Assembly (NCBI GenBank): GCA_044225175.1
Contig: JBGAJA010000002.1
Coordinates: forward strand, 280,991-344,990
Length of the DNA: 64,000 nucleotides
Direction of reading: 5' to 3'
Source of the DNA: Candidatus Omnitrophota bacterium
GTDB lineage: Bacteria > Omnitrophota > Gorgyraeia > Zapsychrales > Fredricksoniimonadaceae
Below the pieces are notes generated by a model. The model saw only the letters and a list, made by a program, of their open reading frames with translations, made no database searches and was not told the origin of the DNA. Positions 1-15,000 of the stretch are shown in pieces. The position numbers and the translations under genes are program-made. The first letter of the stretch is position 1. Each line of letters opens with the position of its first letter.

Positions 1-2
1 AC

Positions 3-3000
3 CCTGCTGATATCGATATTGTTGCTATCATCAATGATAATTATTCAGGAAAGAAACGATTGAAACTTAAAGGAGAAGAAATCTCCAAAAAGATATTTCA
101 TTCTCATTATGCCAGATTTACCGATTTTGTGGATGTGTCTTTCATGACGCAAAGACAGTTAATGGAGGATTGGGGCGTTAAAACAACACTTGCTAACTTT
201 GGAATTGTATTGAAGGCACAAGACCTTTGGGATGAACCTTTGACCCATGCACGCAAAAGCCATATCAACCGTTTGGAGAAGGCACAGGATCTATTATCTG
301 AGTCTCAAAGAATACTTGATCTTAATAAACCCTACATTACTGAAGGAGAAGAGGCTTTAGGACGAGTATATAGTCGTTTTGACCAGGCCAACCTATTTCT
401 TTTGAAAGATTATCCACAGTTAGCCTTATCTGAAAACAAAATGAGGAAATTGGCTGTTGAAATCAGACATTATTTAGATAGATCCACTAGATTTGCTGAA
501 AAGCATGCAATGCTTCAATCTATCCAGAATGAATTAATAGAGAGCATCTATTTGGCAAGGCGGGAACTAGTACGAAGGGAATTGGCAAACTTGAATATCA
601 AGGCATTTCAACCTTCTGTAAATATCCGTGCTGGACCTAGAGCCAATCTAGTTCCTATTTCTATTCCTGCAGCAGTTATGCTGGCCTCTATTGGCCTTAA
701 CCCAGACCCTGCCTTAGCAAAGGCATTCATTATTCTAGCAATGATTTTCTTCTTGTTCCTTATTGGAAAGATAATCATCAGTTTTAAGAATTTTTCATGG
801 AGACTTCACCTACGACTGCCATGGACACGTGTTCGAACATTGACTCCCAAAGAGATGCTAGAGACCCTCGAAGACATTGCCATGTCTTATCAGAAGCAAT
901 GGAGCAGAGTTTCTAATCAAAAATTGTTCTTTCAAAGAAAGACAAGAGCATTAGCTAAATCCATTGTCAGAAATACCATCCGAGTAATTTCTCATACCCA
1001 AGCCCCTCAGAATAATTTAAAGTCGGCGATTGTCTTTATTCAGAGACAATTTGAACCTAAAGAAGCAGGACATAATAAAAGCCAAATAATGTATGAAACA
1101 TTACTATTGGCCTTTTGGAAGACAGTTTCTCAAAAGACTTCGATGAAAGACCAAGGAACAAATTTGATTGTCTGGTTGGATAAGTATATAAGCATGGGAC
1201 TGTTGTACTATGCCATTATTGTCCAGATGAAACTGCTTCCGATTGCGATTTTCTCCAGGTATGTGTTATCAAGATGGCGTATTTATATTGAATACAAGAA
1301 AGAAATGAATAGTCATTTTAGAGACGACCCAGAACTCCAAAAGTGGGTCGTTACTATGCAAACCATGATTCAAGAAGGCAAGAAGAATATAGACATAGTT
1401 AATGCTATTAAGAAAGCACCTTTTGCCCACATATCTATTGATCTTTACAAAGACTTGCTGACCTCTTCTTATATGAATTCAAGATCGTTCTATCTTTATA
1501 GTTATTTATACATCTTTGAGGAAATCCAAAGATCATCCTCGAGCGCCAACAGAGAATTTAATATGCGGCAGACCATTGGCATGGTTTTAGGAGATGAGGG
1601 ACTAGAGCTTTTTGACTACGTTACGAAAAGGATGGGTGTCCAAATTCTATTTATTGAGAGAAAAGACGAGGATTTAAATGATCCGAACTTTATTAATCTA
1701 AGAGAAAGAAAAGTTTATCTTAATCAAGGTTCTTCTTTTGTGATGAATGCATTTAGGTTTTTATCACTGGCACGTTTCTTTTTAAACCATAAGTCTTTGG
1801 GTCCTTATCATTTCTTAGTTGATGTTAAAGCGGATAAACTACCGCTGAAATTTCTCTGGAAGTTATTTAGAAATCGATTTAAAGATCCCACAATCAAGGA
1901 CTTATTTAACAAACTGACGGTCAAAGAACGTAGACATTACTTTTTTGTATTATGGCATGCCATGGGTATGGGAACGGCTGTTTCTTGGATCAAATGGGAC
2001 TACACCTATTTAGTTGTCAGAAAATTAAAATTATTAGAACAGACCTCAATATTCTTAAGTGAAATTCATCTTTCCAAACAAAGAATCCAAAATATTAATA
2101 GCGATTATTCGTTGAGTAGCCCTGCTCCACCTAAGCGTCTGGCCTCTAAAGCCATGATATTACCAGCCATCAGACTATTCATTCGACGCATTCATTATCT
2201 ACCCTATCTAGCATTCATCTCTGTTATTTATGTTCCAATTATTGCAGCCATTGATTGGAGCAGATTAAGATTTCTAGCGGATCCTTTTATATGGTTATTC
2301 AATAAGCTCATTGAACTAGCAGAATTCTTGAATCTAAAGGAGTTAGCTCGAATATTGAAAAAAATCGCCCATCAAATCAATGAGGCCCTTCAAGGTGTTT
2401 GGCATATGGTGGAGAATTGGGCAATGAACGTTTGGGAAGTAATAGGTCCATACATTATGAATGTCGCCCATGCTGCTGAAGGATTACTGCACTATTTGAT
2501 TTCCCCTGCAGCTTTCATGTTGGGTGCTGTAGTTATAATCCTCACATACTTCGTCACCAAGCTCATGTTTAAATTTATTCTAAGAAAATCCAGCGAGAGA
2601 ATCGTATGGGTAGGGGCAACAGTAAATATTCTAAAGAAGTTAAACAATGATCCTATTCTAAAAATCATCGGGATCGTTGCAAATAAAATTAGTGTCTGGG
2701 TTGGAGGGCTGTTTTTTATTGGGGGAGCGATTGCGATAACCACTGAGGCTCTTGCTTTCATAGGAAAACACCTTTTGTTAAGGTGGGATTATCTTCGCGG
2801 GTTTAAATATAAAATTTCACTAAGCGATGATTCGTACAAAGCATTTTTCAAAATGATTCATGAAATGTTTTCTCGTATCCAATCACATCTGCCTAAAGAT
2901 TTAAATGAAGACTACAGAAAATTAGTCGTAGAACAAATTCTTAAGAAAGAAGAAGAAATCAAGGAACTCATGACGCAGCTTATTACTTCTGGCATGCGAA

Positions 3001-6000
3001 GTATGGAAGAAAATATCACTTCTGCTGCGCCGGTAGCTTCATTAAGAAATGACCACTGGATCAATTTAATACTGGCACCGATGGATTTATTATCGAAGGA
3101 CATCAATGCGCGTTTAGAGACATGGCACTCTATGGGGATTCCTTTTACGCATGTTCATTTTTATTTTACATGCGGATCGTTCTTTGGCATGGCGCTTCTT
3201 ATTTTGATCTTTCTTCCCAGAGAATTCATTAAAATTTATGTCGAAGACATTAAAAGACTTTTCAGGTTTATCTTTACTAAACGAATCAACAGCTTATCCA
3301 GTGAGTTAAAGAAATTGAGAGGTTTACAAGACATTGACTTTACATTAGAAATTGCCGAGAAAAGATTAGGGCGCTTCACGTATGTTATTAAAGCTTACGG
3401 CCAAGAATTTAATACACGATTAGGGGTTTTTACAAGTGTGTCTAAACTATTTATAAGAACATTCTTTAATAAACCAAGGCCATACCTCTTGCCTGCACCG
3501 CATATAAGCAAGGCTTTTAGTCCAGGGGAAGATGCAAAGAATATAGAAGAAGGTTCTCCTAGTCAAAGTCGAGATGTTGATTCAAGAGATAAGATTCAGA
3601 CGACAACTGTTTTCATGGGTAGTCTGAGTGTTATGCGTGCAGGACCAGAAATACATTCCGTTGATAGCATTAATTGGACGTATGAATTGGCCCATCGCTA
3701 TGGTCCAGTTCTTTCACACGATTTAGTATTAATCCTTGGAGCTTTTGTCTTAATAGTAATGTTGTTTTTTAACAGAATTATTACAGAGTGGATCTTTAAG
3801 TTTATATCGAAAAGTAATGCAAGAATTCTTAATAAGGATAGCAATCCCTTGAAGATCAGAATGACCTCCATTGAAAACCACACCATAGTCATCCAATACT
3901 CCAGAAACAAATTCACAAATATCTATCGCAGCACAGACAATGATGTTTTGCTGATGGATTCCCAGAGACGATCAAAAGATATTTTTGTATATAAGGCTGC
4001 CCAGGCAATTTCAATTAAAGAAGATCAAAAGTTGAGACATGGAGACATAGAGATATTGGTTGAACCAGGCAGTATGGTTACGATTAAGAATTTCGGGAAA
4101 AAGCCAATTAAGATTATGACTGAGTCCGAACTCTCATTAGATGACCAGGACTATTTTAGAAGAGGTACAGCGGTAGTATTAGGTGGCGGTTATTTGTTGC
4201 TTGTATTTAATCGTATTTTGTTTGATTTTAACCTCATAGAAGTTGCTGGATTAACTCTGGCCCTCATCTTATTTCTAGTAAAAAGAACAGACGATGATAA
4301 ACCCACAAAGTTAAATTATTTAATTTATCGCATCCTTAATAGAACAGAAAACATCATTAATTACATTGATGATTTCTTTAGAAGGACAAACAAGAAGCGC
4401 TTCTTCCTTATTCCTCAATTTTTCAGGTCATGGAAACCATCTACTCAGTCTTTTAATGATGATCAAATTGATTTTGTGGTTTCTTATTTGCATGGTTTAG
4501 TCGCATCTCGTAAGATTTTCTCAGAGAATGATTTAATATGGACGTATCGACTAGCTAAGAGCTGCATTCAAGTTAGACAAATCGATCGTTTTGTTCAGGA
4601 ACATTTGGAAAAATGGGCTAGGGAGAGCCGGGATTTACGTGTTCTTTCGGCTATTATTACCGGATGGATCCAAGCTCCCCAAAGCAGAGGAGGCATTGAT
4701 AGATTAACGCAGATATTGATTAAAACCCACGGATTTTCTAAGAAAACAGTTACATCCTCTCTTTTAATGAAAATTGCCAAGCAAGGTGCGGACCAGGCGA
4801 GGTATGAATCGGTAGATGATGATGTCTCAGATGATAGGGTCCCTTCTTATAGAAAACAACTGAGGGACCGCTCGATCTACAAGCATCAACGTTTCGGTCT
4901 TCAAAAGAAAATTTTAAGACGCGTAGCATCTATCGATGTCACGCGACTAAAAGCATTCTTAGAAGAAGAGTTGTCCAACATCTCATCACAGAAAAATTCA
5001 ACTCAAGGGTGCGTTAAAACAATCATAGTCTTTGGAAGTTTTCTTTATGGAACTCGTCGAGAACCAACTGATTTGGATGTTTATGTCATTGTTGAAGGGG
5101 TTGAAGTTAAACAACTCGTTAAGAAGACAGTAAACATTCCTAGATATGTGTTCTCAGATGAATACTCACGATTAACACGATTTGCAGATTTGCATTTTAT
5201 GAATCGAGAAGAGTTAATAAGAGACATAGGTTTTCGAACATCAGCAGCGAATGTCGGAATTGTGTTAAGAGGAGAAGGATTAAGAGATGAGCCTTTGACC
5301 AATGCTAGATCCTCCGATTTTAATCGTCTTGTCCGTGCCTCAACGGCCATGAAACATGGCATGAAAATGATAGAAAGCACTGTCGAACATGATCGTCGTT
5401 ATCCTGATGCCATTCCTGTATGGAGGGCCAAAGCATGGAGACGTATTACGGAATCCCATTTATTTATCCAAGAGGTAGATTCTTCTGTGACAGCGCACGA
5501 GGATTTTATTGAGGAACTATTATATGGGATGGAGCGTTACAATGAAGATCCTCATAAGAACCATGATGATTTTCAGTGGCAGCTTAAGCGCACTCACGCC
5601 TTAGTAATAGCATCATTACATTATGCCCGCATGTCATTAGTTTGGCGTTATTTAAGAAGTGTTCGTCCTCCTCAAGTTCCGACAATAAGACATAAGAGGG
5701 CCTTTGGCATAACGGTTTTGCCTGTTGTGTTGTCTGGTTTATTTACCGCAGCATGCTCCATCATCTTTATTGTAAGACACCAGTTATCGATGGAATACGA
5801 GTCTCTAGTGAACATAGGAGCGCGCCTAGAAATTTTAATACCAATTCTCTTGCTGTCAGGGATCTTTGCAGTACCTTTCCGCAGAAATTCTAAGAAATCT
5901 GCTGTGATTAAAATTCAAGGCAAGCCAGAGGAAGAATATTTGTTAATGCTGAGGTTTTTCTTTGTCAATTTATTGTCTATCAATTTTCGGCTTATGCAAA

Positions 6001-9000
6001 TTACAACTCAGGAGAGCCCAGATCGAAGAAAGTTCAGACCCATTATTAAAGACTTAGTGAACATTAGCCGTAATTTTAAGGAACGGTTGAGCGCTACACA
6101 GAAAGCTTATGATCAAGAATCAATTCCTTATAAACGAAATTTACTTTCTTCCCGCATCGAGTGGATGACAATTATGAATACTAAACTGATCAGGGCTTGG
6201 GGTTTATTGACAGATAAAGCTAATGGCCCCGCGGTCAGCCAAATTCTTTTATTTCAAGCCGATTCTTTGTTTAAGAGATACACCCAAGCCCATTTAAAGA
6301 AAGTAGAAAGAGACCGCATTCGATTAAGAAGCAGGCACTTGGATTATCCTACAGGCAAAGGGCGTATTTGGACAAACGTGAAAGAGAATGTGGATAAGCT
6401 TACCCGATGGGCCCACACTTCAACTAAAATTTCTAAAGGAATGGAAATCACAAGCCCTCAAGTCATTGAAATTAGTTTTAAAAGCCGGTGGCAGATGAAT
6501 CGTTCCAATGGTCATGCGCTGAATTCTGTGATGGCAAATCAAAAGAAATTCCAATTGATTGTTGAGACGCTTCAAGAATTAGAAAAGCAATTAATCACCT
6601 ATAAAGAAAAAGGATCCATAGACCCTCCTTTATTAATGCAATTATTTGATCCGATCGTCAGATTACTAGATCAATTTATCGGTCGAGATACGAAGACAAT
6701 TATTGAAGAGCTTGAGTTAGCTGCATCAGCATGGCAAACCGCTGAAATGCTTCTTAAAAGCAAGAATTGGAAATGGGGAATGACAACGATCAGTTGGGCC
6801 AAAAGATTTTTCGAAGGACGATTAAAAGAATTGCAACAGCAAAGGATTTATTATGAACAGAACAAACTCCTTCCTACATTTGGCATGACATTTGAACGGA
6901 ATGCCTCTATTTTTCAGCGAGTCGTAGAAATCGAAACAGACGGAAAGTGGAATACAACTGTCATCACAAGACTCATCAAAGACCTAGAACCCAATCAAGA
7001 TCCAGATATTGTACTTATCTTAAATTCTTTGATGGACGCTCAAAAGCATTACGTACAAGGAAAACGAGTACGTGCAAGCAAATATCTGGCTGAGGCCAAG
7101 CTAAGGGTGGGAAATTCGAACCTGCTCTATGAATTCTTAATGATTTATAGAGACCATGTTAAAGGCTTTATTTTAGATGGATATCTTTTAAAAGATGCTC
7201 ACCACACGGGTTTTATTAAAGCTTTTGAACAATTTTTACTAGACCACCCTCAAGAAGTGAGATTCAAAGCAGTATGGACATACCGTTTCTTCCAGGCTGT
7301 TTTTGTCAGATTTAAAGTCGAAGCACCTAAGCAAAAAGGAAAAAGGGTCATAAAAATTCCTAATCCTTTATTTATTTGGTTCTCAAAATTAATTGAAACG
7401 ATTGAATCCAAAGGGTTCTTTCAATTACCTAAAGCTGAACGTGAAAAAATCCCCTATCAAATTGCGCAGGAATTAGAACTTGATCTGCCACCAACGAAGG
7501 TTGAAGAAACGATCAAAGCAGTGACGTCTTACATTCCAAACACCCAACATCTTCCAATAGCAGCTAATAGTGTGGACCAATGGCTGATCGATTTAGGATT
7601 ACAGGCCTTAAATTATTCACGCAATACACTCTTTAATAGACGAGGAACTCGTATTTTTATCAGAGCCCTTAATTTACATGTGCAGCAAATGCAGGATGTG
7701 ATTGAATGGATTGCAGAACAAAGCAAACTCAGAGGTAGAATCGTCTATGCTAAGCCCACCCCCAATAAAACTCCCGAAGGCGAAGAAATTTGGCACTTAA
7801 TTTCTTCTAAAACTTACGCCAGACTTGACCCAAAAGACAGAAAAGTTTACCACAAACTTGAAAATATTCCTGATCCTCATCTCAAATGGCTTGGTATTGA
7901 TCGCGAAGATCTGAGAAGAACATTTACTTTAGAGATAGCTAGGCAAGCGGTTGAGTTAGGTAAGGAAACAGGTAATCAAACCATGGTTGATATTTATCAA
8001 CCGTTCTTGGATTGGTTGCAGCAATCCTATAGACCAGATCCTAATGAGTCTTCTATCTCCATGCAGGAGCCATTTGCTTATATCGAAGGTAATGCCATAG
8101 TGATGGCATCTATTTATTCCAAACTTTCCCCGCATCTAGAAAGGCGAGTCCAAGAACATGAACGCCTTCATTTGAAACACCCCACGATCACTGATGAAAT
8201 GGTCATTTGTCAAAAACATGCTCAAGCTGTCCTCATGGATCAAATCAAAACAATCAGCACCTTCAAAGGCACAAGTTTTTCAAGCCGTGACTTTCAAAAT
8301 AAAATCAAGGCTATTTTAGCCTATGAAGGAAAATCTAAGGAAAAAGTCCAGAAATTCATAAGAGTGGCCATCAAAACCATGGCCCAGCTTGTCCAAGATA
8401 ATGATCAATTGCAAATATTTTATGGTTTATTAGGAGAAATTATAGGCGTATATCAGGTGCTTTTTAGCCAGAATACCGTGCTGGAAGGTCTTGATTTGGG
8501 AGACATTAAAGAAATCAATTTAGAATTGGCTATTAATGGCAAACCCCGAGAAATGGACTGCGTTACTTCTCGTGCCCTCATTGAAATCAAATTTCAACTG
8601 ACATGGTACAAATTGCTTGAACAAATCATTAATAACCGTAAGGATGGAGGGAGTTCATATTTAGCATCTTTGGAATGGGAATCACTTGGATTTGGACACA
8701 TTCGTAAAATTATCTATTTTGGATACAAAGATTATGGTTCTATGGCGCAAGGCCTTATTGAGTACTTAAAGAATCATCCTGCAGATCTAAGTCATTTGAA
8801 ATTCACAGAAGAAGGCTTCCGTTTTGAGATTTCTTTCCAAAAGTTGTTTGATTTTCTTTTTTCTAAAGAAATCCAAAAAGCAGTGCAAGAAGAGAACCGG
8901 CGACGATCTCTAGTGAGCTATTGGCAGGAAAGATCTCAAGCTGTATTTGAATTGATCCAACGCCTTGCCCATCGTTTGAGCGAAGAGCCTAAAACATTAG

Positions 9001-12000
9001 TCATTGCTGTCCATCAAGCAAGGAAAAAGGACTTAGCCATTTTAAGAAATCTAGGAAAAGGAGTTACGAGCCAAAGTGATTCTAAGGAAGAGTTCTTGAG
9101 CTATAGGACCTCCAAATACATGCAATTCTTTTACACTATTTGGCCTAAGACTTTAGGCCATCTTAAAGGAATTGGAATGATTCCAAGTGAACATGAAAGT
9201 CATGTGATTATCCGCAATGGTGACAATCAACCTAAATGGACAATTTCACTAGAAGACCTAAGGAGGGCTTTAGAAGACATATATTCCTTAGACACATCTT
9301 CAGAGTCCGTTTTATCTACCGAGGAAGTCATAGACCTCGTTTGGGTCAAATATTCAGAACCTACTGAAACTCTCGGGCTGGAAGCTCAGAGAACTTGGCT
9401 GTTAGAAAATAAGATCCAAAATCAAGAGTGGTCCCTGGAAGAGATTGATTATCGCCTAGAAAAACTCTTTGAGGCCATCCAAATGGATGAACTTTTTAAC
9501 CTGGAGATAGATCAACTCAATATTAAGAAATCTATTGAGCAGAATGGTTTTCTTAACCTTCCTGAAGACAAGTTAATTGCACTAGCTTCAAAAATCAAAG
9601 AATACCATGCCCACTTGCAGGAGTTCTTTGATCTTCTTTATCAAGCCTGTGAGCGATTCAATCAAATGGCTCAGAAAGAACGTGAACGTCACAATAGATT
9701 GGGCATTTATGATCGTCAGAGAATATTATTGCAAGTGCTTTTAACATGGAACCCCACAGACCGATATTTAAGGAGAAAACTGGCTTTTATCAGTAATTTA
9801 CTCGGTCAGCAGGATCAAGCCGAAGCAATCCTCTTGGGCGTAAGACCGCGGGCTGAAGATGATGTGATTGAGGCTGCTAATGTGAAATTAGACATGGCCA
9901 GGCATTTGTATGGACAATTGAAAATAGACTTAATGTACCGCCGTTCTGCTCTAGGCGAGATATTAGAAGAAATATTATCTAAGTCCCGTCAAGGCAGAGA
10001 CATCTTAAGAACTTTTATTTTATCGCACAAAAAGGGCTCACCTATCCATAAGTTGTCAATGGTCTACTCCAAATTAGCTTCATTCCATGAATTAATTGGA
10101 ACAATTTACAACCGGCTTTCAATGACAGCCTATTTACGCAAATCTCAAGAGTATAATTTAATGGCTTTTCAATCCATGGTTCATGCCGTGTCATTAACTG
10201 TTCAGGCCCTTAAAATGGATTCTAATAACTGGCATGCCATTCGTAAGCTACCCATGATTCTTTCGCTTACTCAGCGAACGATTCAGAATCTCAAGATCAC
10301 CATTCAAAACTCTGAAAATATCTATAAATCATTGGAAGAATTAAAAAAAGCCTTAGGAGATTTAAATATACCTTCATTTCAATCACACAAAGCAAGGATT
10401 GATGAAATTATTCAGGAAAAGCTTGAGATATGTTTGTTTTATGAAAACCTGAGCGGACGTTTTGTTGCAGTGACAATAGAAATGCTCAAAAAGGATCTCT
10501 ATACCACTCAGGAAGATTTAATAAAAGCGATCTTAGCTAACAGTGAATTAGGGAAAGAAGATGAGATTCGCAGATTAGAGGAAGTCTTCAGACATAGAAT
10601 GCGAGAACTCGATCTTATTGCTTTAGACATGGCCATTATTTATTTCTATTTTGAACTTGAGGAAGAGCTGCGTGATTTAGAGAAGCTTCCTGCTTATCTA
10701 CAAATGGTCACAGGCCTTGAGAAAATTCAGATCCGAGATATTAAAGACAGGGTAGTTAATAAAAAAGATTTTTATGCTTTGTTAGGGATAGAAGTGACTG
10801 AGAAAACAACTACGGAGGAGGAACCTCAAAACATTCTTTATAATAAAACTAATATCCGACATTTCTTGATCCAAGATCCCTTAAGATTGGAACAGCTATA
10901 TGAACGTTTACAACAACTTCGAGGATGGATGAAATATAAAGAATTTCAGTCCTTGTATGATCTTTATCAACAGGTCAAAGATAAAGTGACAGACTTCTTG
11001 AACCAGGGGAATGATGTCATTGAGTCATCTAAGAAAGAGGTGACTCCTCAATTAGCCAAGTTAAGAAATTTACGTGTAGGTCCACAAGGATATGTAACAC
11101 AGCGTCAGCAATTAGAGCAAAAAATTGAGAATGTTGTCAGAAAAGTTAAAGAGCAATTAAGTCAGGGAAAAGACCAATTAATGCAGTATTTTAAAATTAT
11201 CCAAGAAGTAGAGGCTATTTATAAGTCTAAATGGATTAAGGAAGTTAAAGCCAGGATCGAATCAGCCATTAAGGAAATGGAATTACTGCAACACAGCCAG
11301 AATAAGAACTATTTGTCCAGATGGCGTTACCAAGAGCTTTTAAATCAAAGAACCCATTACGATGTTATCTTGGCACCTTTATTTGAGCATAGAGGTCTTC
11401 TTAAAGAAATCCACCAGATCATACAAGAAGTTGAAGGAATGCTGGCTCAGAAAGATATTCTCAATGGCCATATGTCAACATGGGCATTAATGTGGCAAGC
11501 GATCAAAGAATCTTATGAGGATGTCGCTTTTGAAGATCAAGCTTTTGTACAAATCTCTATGAGTAAATTTGAAATGATGATCTTTGCTAAGAAATTAAGA
11601 AAAACAGTAAAGACCAACCAGGATTTCGATACTCTTAGGAAGAGGCATGGGGAGTTGGAGAAAACTTACATGCTACATAACGGCATTTATTTAAATCCAT
11701 CCACAGAATACTCTTTCAAGGAAAAAGAGATCAAAGATCTTTTGAGTCAATGGCAACAGAAGTATGAAGAGTGGATGGCCTTGCCATTTGATTCGAAGAA
11801 TTTCATCCCCTATGCATTGAGAGTAAAGGTTATTTATAAAGAACTGCTTGAGTCGATCAAGGACATTCAAGAAAAGATCAGGATTTTAGTCAATGAAAAG
11901 AACTCAGTACTGCTTGTCCAAATAGAAGATCTTGAGAAGTTTGTCAATGAGTTCTTTGTATGGATCGAAGGGGAAATCCTACCTACATATAAAGGTCATA

Positions 12001-15000
12001 CAAGATCTAAGACGAATTTACATCAATTTATGAAAATATTTAGAAATTACATTCATTCTTTAAAAGGGATATTAGCCACTGATGTCGACGATAAGAATTA
12101 TCTGCGATTAGTCGCGCAGGGTACAGAGAAACTGAACTGTTTAGCATCTTTAGCGGTATCTTTACAAGTTATTTATAACGAGGAACTTGGTTGTATAAAA
12201 AATACTCTGTTAAAATATGTTCCCCGCTTTGAGACACGTTCCAATGAATACGATCTCGCAGAATCTTTTTCTGCAAGTATATTCGGTGTTAAACAAAACC
12301 ATCCAAGCTCTCTTACATACAGAATAAGTCAAGCTCAATCAGAATTAAGAAAATGGTTAAATTATAAAGATGGTCCTATGCCTTACTGGGAGTGGTCTAA
12401 TGTAAATTTTATAACTTTAAATGTATACCTTTTTTTATGGTCCAATAATAATTCTTTGCCAATCCCACCTTTATATGAGGTAGTTCAAAAAGCATACAAA
12501 GATATTGTATCTAGAAGGTTAGAAGTATTCCAAAAGAACCCTAATCCTCTAAGAAAACCTATGACTACGATTAGTATTCTTAAGGGGTGGAGGACCATAC
12601 AAGGCGTTCTCAATCGGGTCTTAACTAATCACATAGAAGGATGGTCTTTCTTGCTAATAAAGAGAAAATTTGGCGACGTATTTAATAAAGCCCAATCGAT
12701 CAAGGAGAATAATGCAAAGAAATTATCTGTTCATATTTGGCCTTTGATGTTGATTGGGATGGGATTAACCATAGGGCAGCAGTACGGTATCTATGGAATC
12801 CGTGCAGGGGCTCAGTCGCAATATGTTCTTGGTTCGCAACAGATTTTATTTTCTGTGCTGGGCGTATTAAGTGGCATTTTGGCTTTGCTAGTAGTTGGCC
12901 TTATCCTCATATTCCTTTCGGATATCTGGAGAGCTTTTAAAGATCCCAATTCAAAAATTTATAGGATTTTAGATGTTGTTTTAACTGTCCTCATGATCCC
13001 TTTATGGATTCCTGTGAGCTTCTTAATGGGATTATATGTATTTGTTCTTTTGAAACACCATGGTTCATCTCAATCGGTCCTTTTTAAACAAGAAAGAATC
13101 GGACATCAAGATCAACCATTTATGATCTACAAATTCTGCTCCATAATTAATACTTCCAACGGAAAAGAGATTGTTCTCAAGCATTTACGTAAATCTGGTT
13201 TAGATGAAATTCCTCAAGTCATCAATATTTTCAAACGACAAATGTCATTATGGGGGCCGCGGCCTGTTCGACAGGAAGACATTGATAATGGCCGTTATCC
13301 AGACTATTCATTAGAAATACGAAGAAGATTACCAGGATACCTAAGCCTTTTCGTTCTTGACCGAGGCGCCGGTGATGGACATTCTCCCAAGGACCAGAAA
13401 ACGATTGAAGCACAAGGCAAGCGATTCCAAGAATTGTCACAGCGGGAATATGAGCATTGGAGCCCTATCCTTGCAATTAGTCTTATACTTGAATTTGGAT
13501 TTTATCTTTTGAAATTTATAGTAAGACTATTTGGTTTTGGAAATAAACTCAGAGGGCCGCCTTCTTTAATTATAAATGATGTAAAAATCCTGCCTACGCT
13601 GACCCCAGAAGATACTCTCGAGCTTCCTCCTCCATCAGATTTAAAAGACAAAGGTTTTCTTACAAAGTCGATATTCATTAAAGATCAGATCCAACAAGGC
13701 CAATTGAGTACGATTGTTCTTCCAGATTTCCCATATAACTCTCCAATATTAATCCGTATATTTGAATGGCTCGATGGGGATGAATCCATCCGAGAATTGA
13801 TGGACATAGTCTACGGGTATATCCCGTCTTTAAAATTGTTTAACCATGTGTCTTTGATCACGCTTTTAGATGAAGTCAGAACATGGAAACCAAAGAACCT
13901 GATTGCAACTATTGGTGCACAAACTAATACACGAGAAGAGATTCAACGACGATTATTCGATGCTATTAATCATGGCGCAACAGGTGTTTTGGTGGTCTCT
14001 GGCGGAGGAGCATGGCGACGAATATTCACGGGTATTGTCTCTATATTAAATATCCTCTCACCGCTTCTTATCACAGTATTTATCGCAAGGATCATTCAGC
14101 GTAAATATCTTTCTATGGATTCAATGAAAATCCTGGAACTTATCAGTGAAATGAAACAACGAGGACAGATCGCTCAAACAATTACTGTATGGGCTGTAGC
14201 TAATCCTTATCGAGATTCTATTAAAAGGATTGAACATAAGATTGAGTGTGGGGCACAGAGAATATTGATCCAACCGCCAATTCTTTGGGAATTATTTACA
14301 TCGTGGTGGAGAGAAGCCCAGACAAGCAAGCTTAAAGAAAAAATCATTGTAGGCATTCCTTATATTGCATCATTGAAGTCGTTGGAATTTTGGTTTTTCT
14401 TAATGAATATTAAGACTTCAAACTGGCCATTCTTTAGAAATCGATTGACCCAAGATGCTTATAATTTGCAACAGCAATTTATTCAGGTCCAGAAGTTAGG
14501 GAAAAAAGCTGAAGAAACATTCATTGAACAATGGAATGCCGATTTCAAATCTCGAGTGCATCATTTGTCAGGATTTATAGGGGGCCATCACATGCCTGTT
14601 ATGGCATGGGGACGGGTGGGCCGCAAAGAAATCAATGAGATGAGAGATAAGCTGCAGACCCTATTAGGAACAGTGATTGAATGGGGAGGGAATTCTTATA
14701 GCGTAGATGCCAACATGGTTGTGTTACATCGAGTCTTAAGTGTTTTACTTCGGATGATTGATGAAAAGAAGATCGATCTTAAAGGTACCTCTGCGTTGAT
14801 CGAGAGGATCTTTTTTATTCATACCATTGCCCCCAATAGTTCTCAGCTTATGATTGATCCAAGGCCTCTGTATAGAAATAAGAAGTTTATTGGACGCTTT
14901 GATATTCTTTTTGATTTAAGGCAGCTGGGCAAATTATCTGTATCGGCACTCGAGAAAAACATAGTCATGGTATTAAATATCAACTCTCAAGAAGTTCCCT

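Noticed and set aside
60-62. TTG start of the giant ORF given in the track
   Set aside because: The frame is open upstream to nt 3 and encodes the DxD motif of a nucleotidyltransferase, so the real start lies outside the window.
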